A stretch of 56,177 bases of DNA. Source: Rickettsiales bacterium. GTDB lineage: Bacteria > Pseudomonadota > Alphaproteobacteria > Rickettsiales > UBA1997. The stretch covers positions 1 to 56,177 of the forward strand of contig JAQTXT010000001.1 in assembly GCA_028688645.1 (NCBI GenBank), given 5' to 3'. Both the position numbers and the translations under genes were made by a program. The notes beneath the pieces were generated by a model. That model had not been told where the DNA came from and searched no databases. It saw only the letters and a program-made list of their open reading frames with translations. This document shows, in pieces, positions 26,845-34,468 of the stretch (the stretch's first letter is position 1; every line of letters begins with the position of its first letter).

Positions 26845-29262
26845 CTACTTATCCCTAAGCACTCCGCCCAGTTTCTCAGTAATATCCTTAATTATCTTAT
26901 TACTAATACCGTCAATCTCCTCACCATTCAAAGTCCTCTCAGTTGGTTGAAGTTTGATTGAAAAAGCAATGGACTTTTTGCCTTCTTCCATATTTTTTCC
27001 TTGATAAATGTCAAAAATATGAACTTCTTTAATCAATTCTTTGCTAACCTTTTTTACTGTATCTATAACCTTTCCTACTTCAACATCGCAATCCAAAATA
27101 AATGCAAAATCTCGTGAAACATTCTGTAAATCGTTTATAATATATTTTTTCTTTTGGGTCGCTTTCTGTTCTTTTTGTTTTGGGATATTATCTAAAAATA
27201 ACTCAAAGGCATTAACTTTATTTTTCAATCCTAAAATGTTGGTTTTCAATGGATGAATTTCACCAAACGAACCTAAAAATATATTTCCCATCTTAATTGC
27301 ACCACTTCTTGCAGGGTGGTAATAGTCTGGAACATCGTTTGTGATAGTCAAAGCATCAGCGGAAATACCAAAAATTCGTAAAACATCAAATAAATCTTTC
27401 TTCACATCGAAAATGTCATAGGCTCTTGATGAACTGAATACATCTTTTTCGCAAGTTGTACCTGTTCTAATACCACCTATAACTCTTTTTTGTCCCTCTG
27501 GCATTAAGCTCATGAACACCCTACTCTTCTCAAAAATACAAATATTTGCAGTTCCTCTGTCTTGATTGTTTTTCGCAATAGTTAACAAATTTGGTATAAT
27601 ACTTGGTTTCATATATGATAAATCAGCAGTGATTGGATTTTTTACTCTTAATTTTTCGTTGATTGGGGCAAATTCCTTTGCTACATCTTCTTTCATGAAA
27701 CTCCAGCTGATAATCTCAGTCATACCGTTTGCAGCAAGCAATAAACCAGCGTCCCATAACTTTTTATTTAGATTTCTATTTTCTGTTTGTTCTTGAGTTT
27801 CACTAATTTTTTCATTATTTATTTTGATTTCTTTCAAATTATCATAACCATAAACTCTAATAATATCTTCAATAACCGTTTCCTTTACAGAAATATCGGG
27901 TCGCCAAGTTGGTAAGGTCAAAATTAAAATATTCAAATCTTTTACATCCTCTTCGACACCATAACCAAGATTTTTTAATATCTCTATAATCTTTTGTCTT
28001 TCAATTTTTAATCCCAAAAACAATTCAACACAAGAAATTGGGAAATTCATAATTCTTAAATTTTCATCATAAGAGTTTGAAATTACCCTAACTATTTCAC
28101 TACTTTCACCACCGCAAATAGTCTGTATTAAGTATGTAGCATAATTCAAAGCCAATTCAGTAGTAGTTTGGTCAATACCTCTTTCAAATCTAAACTTCGC
28201 ATCAGTGATTATATTTAAAGCCCTAGCTGTCCTTGCAATATTTAATGGGTCAAAAACAGCACACTCTAAAACAACATTTGTAGTTTTATCAGAGCTTGCA
28301 CTTTTTTCACCGCCAATAATACCACCTAAACCTAAAATACTATTTGTATCACAAATTAAAGTCGCATTTTGTGGCATAATATATTCAATCTTATCTAGTG
28401 CTAAAAACTTTTCACCACCATTGGCTTTTTTAACAACTAAATTACCATTTATTTTATCTGCATCATAACAATGTAAAGGTCTGTTAAGCACCAACATCAC
28501 ATAATTAGTTATATCAACTAAGGCGCTTTTTGGATTAATTCCAACGGCTTTTAATCTTTGTTTTATCCAATCAGGAGATTCACAATTCTTAATTCCTTTA
28601 ATATATCTTAAAGTAAACTCAGGACAATTTTCGTCTTGAATTTCAACTCTAAATGGACTTGGAATTACAGACTTAATTTCGTGATTTTTAAATTCTCTCA
28701 ATTTTCCAATACTAGTAGCACTTAAATCTCTCGCAATACCATAAACACCCAAACAATGGGCGGTGTTTTGCAATAAATTCAAATCTATCATTGGATCGTT
28801 TAATCCATAAATATCAGCAACATTTTTTCCTAATTCAATTTCACTTGATAATTCAATAATCCCAGAGTGGTCTTCACCTAATCCGAGTTCCTTTTCAGAA
28901 CAAAGCATACCACAACTTTCAACACCACGAATTTTACTTTTTTTAATCTCAAAATCACCACTTGGTATAATACTTCCCACAGGTGCAAGTACAGCTTTCA
29001 TTCCACTTTTGGCATTAGGAGCACCACAAACAATTTGCAGAATTTCTCCATCCACTTTTTTAACTTTGCAAATATGTAAATGGTCAGAATCTAGGTGGTT
29101 ATTACACTCAATTACTTCAACACAATTAAAATCTTTAAACTTTTTACTATCATCAACAACAACATCAACTTCTAATCCAATTTGATCCAACTTATTCAAT
29201 ATTTCAGAGCAATTAGCTTGAGTATCTAAATATTCTTTCAACCAACTTAAAGTGAACTTCAT
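26845..29262 (-). CDS. pheT: Phenylalanine--tRNA ligase beta subunit
   Basis: 805 aa. MKFTLSWLKEYL is the canonical PheT N-terminus. tRNA-binding, B3/4, B5 and FDX-ACB-like regions are present in order. Confidence 0.95.
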   Translation of the reverse strand: MKFTLSWLKEYLDTQANCSEILNKLDQIGLEVDVVVDDSKKFKDFNCVEVIECNNHLDSDHLHICKVKKVDGEILQIVCGAPNAKSGMKAVLAPVGSIIPSGDFEIKKSKIRGVESCGMLCSEKELGLGEDHSGIIELSSEIELGKNVADIYGLNDPMIDLNLLQNTAHCLGVYGIARDLSATSIGKLREFKNHEIKSVIPSPFRVEIQDENCPEFTLRYIKGIKNCESPDWIKQRLKAVGINPKSALVDITNYVMLVLNRPLHCYDADKINGNLVVKKANGGEKFLALDKIEYIMPQNATLICDTNSILGLGGIIGGEKSASSDKTTNVVLECAVFDPLNIARTARALNIITDAKFRFERGIDQTTTELALNYATYLIQTICGGESSEIVRVISNSYDENLRIMNFPISCVELFLGLKIERQKIIEILKNLGYGVEEDVKDLNILILTLPTWRPDISVKETVIEDIIRVYGYDNLKEIKINNEKISETQEQTENRNLNKKLWDAGLLLAANGMTEIISWSFMKEDVAKEFAPINEKLRVKNPITADLSYMKPSIIPNLLTIAKNNQDRGTANICIFEKSRVFMSLMPEGQKRVIGGIRTGTTCEKDVFSSSRAYDIFDVKKDLFDVLRIFGISADALTITNDVPDYYHPARSGAIKMGNIFLGSFGEIHPLKTNILGLKNKVNAFELFLDNIPKQKEQKATQKKKYIINDLQNVSRDFAFILDCDVEVGKVIDTVKKVSKELIKEVHIFDIYQGKNMEEGKKSIAFSIKLQPTERTLNGEEIDGISNKIIKDITEKLGGVLRDK

Positions 29263-29361
29263 TCCAACAAACAGTTATAATATCTTGTTAAATACTATGA
29301 ATTTATTTTTTTTAATCAAGATATTTAATTGACAAATAAAAGCGAATAATTAACAATTGAT

Positions 29362-29540
29362 TTGCCCGTATGGGCAGCGGCATAAGAAACCGAATAAAGC
29401 TTTTAAAACCTCTCTTTTGTTTTTATAACATAAAGCGGAGGCTTATAGTTATAATGAGTTGTTTACAACTCAAAAGGCTGTAAGGGCTGAGCTTTATCAG
29501 TTTTCTTAACCTCCGCACTTTATTTTAAAGTGCGATTTTT
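29362..29540 (+). ncRNA. Structured leader or sRNA candidate, copy 1 (ends in a terminator-like hairpin just upstream of a small ORF)
   Basis: - Possible promoter: TTGACA at 29329-29334 and AACAAT at 29351-29356.
- Hairpin TGCCC-GTAT-GGGCA, 29362-29375.
- GCGGAGG (29434-29440) pairs with CCTCCGC (29509-29515). This stem encloses hairpin GAGTTG-TTTA-CAACTC (29455-29470) and a conserved block at 29472-29501.
- CGCACTTT / AAAGTGCG + ATTTTTA, 29513-29540.
- GC is visibly higher than in the flanks, and a homologous copy lies at 34247-34431 (-). Confidence 0.5.
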
Positions 29541-29564
29541 ATTAATAATAAAAAAGGTAAAGAA

Positions 29565-29873
29565 ATGATGACAGAAAAACTAAAAGAACCTAACAAACAA
29601 CTAAACGAAAAAATAGAAAAGAAAAAAGATGATATTAGTGTAAAAGATGAAATAGAACTAATTGAAAGAAAAATATTAAAAGAAGAATTAATTCAACTTG
29701 AAATAAAAGCTATTAAATATTATGTGAATAATAATCTTAACAATAGATGTGATTTAATGAATTTGTATAAATTATCAAAGTATATACGAGGAACTCATAA
29801 GAAAAATAAATCAAATAAAACTATGATTGAAAGAGTTGAAAATTTGTTAGAAAGTGTAGCGAAGAAAAACTAA
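29565..29873 (+). CDS. Small lysine-rich hypothetical protein (paralog of 33921-34226)
   Basis: 102 aa. A purine-rich aaaaaggtaaagaa sequence precedes the ATG. It shares a segment with the other small ORF: I.KYYVNNNL.N..DLMNLYKLSKYI against IVMYFVANKLKSNDDIIRLREITDYMI. Both are preceded by the same structured RNA. Confidence 0.6.
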   Translation: MMTEKLKEPNKQLNEKIEKKKDDISVKDEIELIERKILKEELIQLEIKAIKYYVNNNLNNRCDLMNLYKLSKYIRGTHKKNKSNKTMIERVENLLESVAKKN

Positions 29874-29877
29874 CAAT

Positions 29878-30093
29878 TTGTAGCTCCCCTTTGCCCTTCG
29901 GGCATTTCCCCTCAAGGAGAGGAAAGATATTCTGGCTTGTTGAACTATCTTTTCTTAATCACTACTCGTAATCTTTCCCCTCCTTGAGAGCAAGCACAAA
30001 GCCGAACCGATAGCCGCTTGCAGACAATCGGCAGCTTGTCGTTCGGCAAAGTGCGACGGTGTCAAATGCCCGAAGGGCAAAGGGGAGCTACAA
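29878..30093. repeat. Relatively GC-rich 216-bp element bounded by perfect 30-bp inverted repeats (candidate structured RNA or palindromic mobile element)
   Basis: - Outer arms: ttgtagctcccctttgcccttcgggcattt (29878-29907) is the exact reverse complement of 30064-30093.
- Inner 18-bp stem: 29911-29928 with 29971-29988 (one mismatch).
- Third stem: gccgaac (30001-30007) with gttcggc (30041-30047).
- GC is clearly above local background. Confidence 0.85.
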
Positions 30094-30142
30094 CAAAATC
30101 TTAAATAAATACAAATAAGATTAAATATTCTAAATAACATAT

Positions 30143-30175
30143 AAAAAACCACCAGAAAATTAATCTAGTGGTTTT
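30143..30175 (-). terminator. Terminator hairpin downstream of the 30187-30720 gene
   Basis: Minus-strand aaaaccactag..ctggtggtttttt, a stem followed by a U-tract. Confidence 0.55.
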
Positions 30176-30186
30176 AAACTTAAAAT

Positions 30187-30720
30187 TTATTTTGATTTTA
30201 TAAGATTATCGATTTTCTTCTCAAGTTCATCAATTTTTTTAATGAGTTTTTCAATATCAGCCGAACTATTTCCACCAACCAAACCAGATAAAGAAAATTT
30301 AGCAACTTTTCTGTAGCTTTTCCAAACAAAAAATAACATCATTAATATTATAAATATAAATAAACCAGAGAAAATTATTGCATACATTATTATTTTATTC
30401 TTTAGTACAATAAGATTGTTGAACTCACTTTCTGCTCTATTAACTAACTTTTCACTTTTATCTATAATATTATTATTAATTCTATCACTAGCTTTTTTAA
30501 TTTCGGCATCAAATTTTTCTGTTATTTTTTGAAACTCTTTATCTACTTTTTTCATTAAATCATCTTGTGCTGATTTTGTAGCATCAGTCAAAGTTTTATT
30601 TATTGTATTACTGTCAAGATTTACTTTACCATTTTGACTGATTTTAATGTAATCATCAATGCCAGCATAACATACATTAGTTAAAAATAAAAAAGTAAAA
30701 ATATAAATTAATTTTTTCAT
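30187..30720 (-). CDS. Secreted or membrane-anchored coiled-coil protein (hypothetical)
   Basis: The preferred start is MKKLIYIFTFLFLTNVCYA (signal peptide) at 30720. There is a coiled-coil middle region and a C-terminal TM (IIMYAIIFSGLFIFIILMMLFFVW). The ORF track's longer start overlaps tatD. Confidence 0.65.
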   Translation of the reverse strand: MKKLIYIFTFLFLTNVCYAGIDDYIKISQNGKVNLDSNTINKTLTDATKSAQDDLMKKVDKEFQKITEKFDAEIKKASDRINNNIIDKSEKLVNRAESEFNNLIVLKNKIIMYAIIFSGLFIFIILMMLFFVWKSYRKVAKFSLSGLVGGNSSADIEKLIKKIDELEKKIDNLIKSK

Positions 30721-30721
30721 A

Positions 30722-31516
30722 TCAATTCTCCAATGGTTTAACTTTATTAAATAATTCAATAAAATTTTTAGTTGTATTACTTTGTATAATATTATAATCA
30801 AGTTTTAAAAAATCTACCAAATATTCTGCTATATTTTTTACATAAGCTGGCTGATTTATCTGTCCTCTAAATGGTGTAGGAGCTAAAAATGGTGAATCGG
30901 TCTCAAGCATGATTCTATTAAGTGGAACATCTTTTACAATATCCCTTAGTTCGTTAGCATTTTTAAAAGTAATAATTCCAGACAATGAAATAAAACCGCC
31001 TAAGTCAAGCCCAGTCCAGCACAATTCTTTTCCTGATGAAAAACAATGTAAAACAAATCTAAATTCACCATTTTTCATTTCGTTTTTTAATATATCTATC
31101 ATATCACTATCAGCATTCCTTGAGTGTATTACAAGTGGCAAACCAGTTTTTCTGCAAGCTTCAATATGAATTTCAAAATTTTTCTTTTGTTTGTCTTTAT
31201 CTATGGAATCTTCAGCATATTCTAAACCACTTTCTCCAAAAGCTATGACTTTTTCCTTTTTTGAGTATTCTAATAATAAATTTAAAGTATTGACTACATT
31301 TGTAATCATTGACGGATGAACACCTATTGTAGCATAAACATTTTCATATTTTTCTGTTACTTTAAAAACTTTATCAAATTCTTTAATTTCAGTGCTTATA
31401 TTATTAATAATTCTGACATTATTTTGATTGGCTTTATCTATAGCTTCAGAAATAAGAATTCCTTTTTCCTCTTCCAGCATATTCAAATGGCAATGGGAAT
31501 CCACTAAATAATTCAT
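30722..31516 (-). CDS. tatD: TatD-family metal-dependent hydrolase
   Basis: 264 aa. N-terminal DSHCHL, with the ..IHSRNA.., ..LHCFSG.. and ..LETDSPFL.. motifs. Confidence 0.9.
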   Translation of the reverse strand: MNYLVDSHCHLNMLEEEKGILISEAIDKANQNNVRIINNISTEIKEFDKVFKVTEKYENVYATIGVHPSMITNVVNTLNLLLEYSKKEKVIAFGESGLEYAEDSIDKDKQKKNFEIHIEACRKTGLPLVIHSRNADSDMIDILKNEMKNGEFRFVLHCFSSGKELCWTGLDLGGFISLSGIITFKNANELRDIVKDVPLNRIMLETDSPFLAPTPFRGQINQPAYVKNIAEYLVDFLKLDYNIIQSNTTKNFIELFNKVKPLEN

Positions 31517-31523
31517 AAATATC

Positions 31524-32372
31524 CTACTTTCTTAGCTTATTCTTGTTTTCCAAAGCATTTTGCATCATTAAAGCTCTTTCTTCTGCTTCTGCTTCATCTT
31601 CTTCTTCTTTGACATCAGCCTCTATTTTTTCAAGATTCAAAAACACAGAAATTGTATAAATTATAATAATATCATAAACAGAGAATGAAATTATATTTTT
31701 TGTTACATCATTTAAACCGATATTTAATTTAAAAATATAAGATATTAACGATCTTTCAGCAAAATATGTTAAACTACCAATAATCAATGTTAAAAACATG
31801 AATCTAAACAAATTTCCTTTGACAAGATTATAACTTCTGCTTAATGCATTGATACCATTCAATAATACTACTTCACTATTTTCTTTATTATTAACATCTC
31901 CTAATCCACACAAATAAATAGAAAAAAAATAATAAAATAAAAATAATATGCCTGGTAATATCAAAAATAATCCAAAAAAAGAAATTACCACCAAAAAGAA
32001 AATAGTCGTTCCACAAACAGGCAAAAATCTTTTAAAACTCATACCGAATGCTTCCATTAAACTACTTATTGTATTGTATTTTTGACTATATAATATATCG
32101 CTAAAAAATATAGATTTGAATACATATAAAATAAATATTGGCAGACCATAATATACAATATTAAATGTCGACACAGAAAATAGTCTACTTATTGTAAGCG
32201 TATAAGTGTTTACAAAAAAAATCTCAGTAATAACAAGGACTATAAGATTAAATGCAATTATATAAAAAATATTTTTCAAATAATACTTAAAAGTATCTTT
32301 TATATTTTTGAAAATTCCCAGTTTTGTATCAACTGTTGTCTTTTTTTTATGTTTTACTTTGTTTTTCGCCAT
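31524..32372 (-). CDS. Polytopic membrane protein with an acidic C-terminal tail (hypothetical)
   Basis: 282 aa, about 5-6 hydrophobic helices, and a basic N-terminus. No family was recognised. Confidence 0.65.
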   Translation of the reverse strand: MAKNKVKHKKKTTVDTKLGIFKNIKDTFKYYLKNIFYIIAFNLIVLVITEIFFVNTYTLTISRLFSVSTFNIVYYGLPIFILYVFKSIFFSDILYSQKYNTISSLMEAFGMSFKRFLPVCGTTIFFLVVISFFGLFLILPGILFLFYYFFSIYLCGLGDVNNKENSEVVLLNGINALSRSYNLVKGNLFRFMFLTLIIGSLTYFAERSLISYIFKLNIGLNDVTKNIISFSVYDIIIIYTISVFLNLEKIEADVKEEEDEAEAEERALMMQNALENKNKLRK

Positions 32373-32387
32373 AACCTTATTTTAAAA

Positions 32388-32879
32388 TTATTTGCAAAGA
32401 GATAACATCTCATTATATGCATCATTAAAACCAATTAAAGAATATGTATCAGTAGCTCTATTTCCAGCTTTAGAATAACTTAAAACATACATTTTTGCAC
32501 CAAGTTTCATTTGTTTTACAATTTCCACATCATCATTTCTATCATAAGTCCAAGCCTTTTCATCATTTGAAAATAATGGAAATTTTCTTTTTAAAATTGA
32601 TATTTCAATATCCTTATCTGGATCATATATAAAACCAGAACTTATACTGATTTCATCATATTGTGCTCCCTTTTCTCTCATAACTGTCGCATAAGGCTCA
32701 CCCCTTTTTTTATAATCACCTTCTATTTTAATTGGCAATGAAGCTATATAACAAATTTCCTTACCATTTTCAGTTGATTTAAACAATGTCCAACTTTTAT
32801 GTATAGATATAGGAGATGAAGCAAATGAGCTTACTGTAAAAATCATTAATAAGAATACAATCAATAATATTTTTTTCAT
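32388..32879 (-). CDS. Invasion-associated locus B (IalB)-like periplasmic protein
   Basis: Signal peptide, then W.LF......G...C... and a C-terminal ..YSLIGFNDAYNEMLSLC pattern typical of the IalB family. Confidence 0.55.
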   Translation of the reverse strand: MKKILLIVFLLMIFTVSSFASSPISIHKSWTLFKSTENGKEICYIASLPIKIEGDYKKRGEPYATVMREKGAQYDEISISSGFIYDPDKDIEISILKRKFPLFSNDEKAWTYDRNDDVEIVKQMKLGAKMYVLSYSKAGNRATDTYSLIGFNDAYNEMLSLCK

Positions 32880-32906
32880 AAATTATTCCTTTATGTTTAA
32901 CTTATT

Positions 32907-33317
32907 TTATTTCTGCTCTCCTTGATCTTTGGAATTTTTTAATTCTTTATGTGTTTGTGGGAATTTAACTTCATTTATTTTTTTTAATTCGCCTTCAATC
33001 TTTGCACCATCTTCAACACACAATGAAATATATTCCAATGTTCCTTTTATATCAGCTTGTTTAGCAATATTTATTCTTTCACTCTTAATTTTTCCATTGA
33101 ATTTTCCCTTCAAATTTAAAACTTTTGCTGTTATATTTCCTTGAACTTCACCCAATTCTCTTATTGTAATAACATTTCCAACAATATCACCTTCTATTTT
33201 ACCTTCAATATCTATAGTTTCTTCACAATTTAGTATACCATTAATAGAAAGTCCTGCCGAAATAACAGAAATACTATTTTTTGATAATATCATATCTTTT
33301 GTCAACATTAAAATCAC
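32907..33317 (-). CDS. Bactofilin-family cytoskeletal protein
   Basis: 136 aa. The repetitive beta-helix pattern (IEGKIEGDIVGN..VQGNITAK..KGKFNGKIKSE..IKGTLEY..IEGEL) is typical of bactofilins (DUF583). Confidence 0.8.
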   Translation of the reverse strand: MILMLTKDMILSKNSISVISAGLSINGILNCEETIDIEGKIEGDIVGNVITIRELGEVQGNITAKVLNLKGKFNGKIKSERINIAKQADIKGTLEYISLCVEDGAKIEGELKKINEVKFPQTHKELKNSKDQGEQK

Positions 33318-33498
33318 CCAAATCTTTTATTTATATAACTTGGTTGAATGATAAATAATAAAAAATTAATTTCAAGTCTTATCTTTTTTCAAACAAAAAA
33401 ATTTTTTTCTTGAAAATAAAATAAAAAGGAATAATCTACTTTCAGATATTCTTGGTACCCTCATATTAAGATTTATTAATAAATGAAAAGATTTAAAA

Positions 33499-33864
33499 AT
33501 GTCTACAAAAATTAGATTAGCAAGATTTGGAAGGAATAAAACTCCATTTTATCATATAGTTGTTACTGATTCTAGAAATAGAAGAGATAGCAAATTTATA
33601 GAAACCATTGGAACTTTTAACCCATTATTAGCTGATGATAGTAAAGATAAAATAGTTCTTAAAAAAGATAGAGCTGAATATTGGTTAAGTGTAGGTGCTG
33701 AACCTACAGAAAGAATGGCTATACTTATGATTAAGTTAGGCGTAAAGGGAGCAGACAAATACAAACCAGTATTTGTTCCAAAAGCTAAAGCTGTAAAGGT
33801 TGAAGAAACAAAAGCTGAAGAAGTTAAAGCTGAAGAGCCAAAAACTGAAGAACCACAAGCTTAA
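33499..33864 (+). CDS. rpsP: 30S ribosomal protein S16 with a Lys/Glu-rich C-terminal extension
   Basis: MSTKIRLARFGRNKTPFYHIVVTDSRNRRD.. is the canonical S16 N-terminus. Confidence 0.95.
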   Translation: MSTKIRLARFGRNKTPFYHIVVTDSRNRRDSKFIETIGTFNPLLADDSKDKIVLKKDRAEYWLSVGAEPTERMAILMIKLGVKGADKYKPVFVPKAKAVKVEETKAEEVKAEEPKTEEPQA

Positions 33865-33882
33865 TTGAGGTCTACAAAAAAT

Positions 33883-33910
33883 AAAATCCGTCATTTATTG
33901 GCGGATTTTT
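33883..33910 (+). terminator. Rho-independent terminator after rpsP
   Basis: aaaatccgtca-ttta-ttggcggattttt, about 20 nt after the rpsP stop. Confidence 0.65.
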
Positions 33911-33920
33911 GCTTGGAATT

Positions 33921-34226
33921 TTAGTCCATTGACACTTCTTCTAAAAATGTAATGAATAATTTATTTAATTTTTCTGTTATTAAATTTAATCTTTTTAACT
34001 TTACTTTCTTATTATATTTAATTCTGCAAGTTTTAATCATATAATCAGTTATTTCTCTTAATCTAATTATATCATCATTGCTTTTTAGTTTATTGGCAAC
34101 AAAATACATAACTATTTCTTTTTTAACTTTAAACATTTTCAAATTTATTGATTGATTTTCATCTAATTTTTCTTGGAGAATTTTATTTCTGTCCAATTTT
34201 TTTACTTTTTCAATCAGTTCTTCCAT
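33921..34226 (-). CDS. Small lysine-rich hypothetical protein (paralog of 29565-29873)
   Basis: 101 aa. aaaaaagaggtaaaaa precedes the ATG (minus strand). It has the same upstream structured RNA as the 29565 ORF. Confidence 0.6.
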   Translation of the reverse strand: MEELIEKVKKLDRNKILQEKLDENQSINLKMFKVKKEIVMYFVANKLKSNDDIIRLREITDYMIKTCRIKYNKKVKLKRLNLITEKLNKLFITFLEEVSMD

Positions 34227-34246
34227 TTTTTACCTCTTTTTTAATT

Positions 34247-34431
34247 AATAAAAAACGCACTTAAAAAAGTGCGGGGGTTAAAACAACTGACAAAGTTCAG
34301 CCCTTACAGCCTTTCAAGCTATAAAAAGCCTATTATAACCGCAAGCCTCCGCTATATAAATATAACGAAAGCCGACAGTCAATAGTAAAACTTTGTTTGA
34401 TGTTTTAAGCCATCACTCTTGCCCGCAGGCA
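34247..34431 (-). ncRNA. Structured leader or sRNA candidate, copy 2
   Basis: On the minus strand:
- TTGACA (34464-34459).
- Hairpin TGCC-TGCG-GGCA (34431-34420).
- GCGGAGG (34352-34346) pairs with CCCCCGC (34277-34271), with one mismatch.
- Hairpin AGGCT-TTTTAT-AGCTT (34331-34316) replaces the copy-1 hairpin at the same position.
- Conserved block 34314-34285.
- Terminator-like CGCACTT-TTTT-AAGTGCG + U-tract (34273-34247). Confidence 0.5.
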
Positions 34432-34468
34432 GTTTAATTTTTAAATGCTTGGTTTATTTGTCAACGAA

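Noticed and set aside
29878-30093. Could the relatively GC-rich palindromic element be tmRNA, RNase P RNA, 6S RNA, SRP RNA or a tRNA?
   Set aside because: - No T-loop GGTTCGA-type motif or acceptor/CCA context.
- No tag reading frame ending in ..LAA-stop on either strand.
- gagaggaaagat superficially resembles the RNase P P4 GAGGAAAGUCC, but it is simply one strand of an 18-bp hairpin, and the rest of the P RNA core is absent.
- The fold is a three-way junction, not the single interrupted 6S hairpin.
- No SRP GGAA/AGCA domain IV motif.
29878-30093. An integron attC site or a retron msr/msd following a cassette-like small ORF
   Set aside because: The ends lack the attC core and inverse-core sequences (GTTRRRY / RYYYAAC). 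No integrase and no reverse transcriptase gene lies anywhere in the window.
29955-30152. 65-aa ORF on the minus strand (MVFYMLFRIF...)
   Set aside because: It lies across the palindromic element and the terminator of the neighbouring gene. Its sequence is Cys/Leu/Phe-rich with no ribosome-binding site. It is an artefact of an open frame across the relatively GC-rich palindrome.
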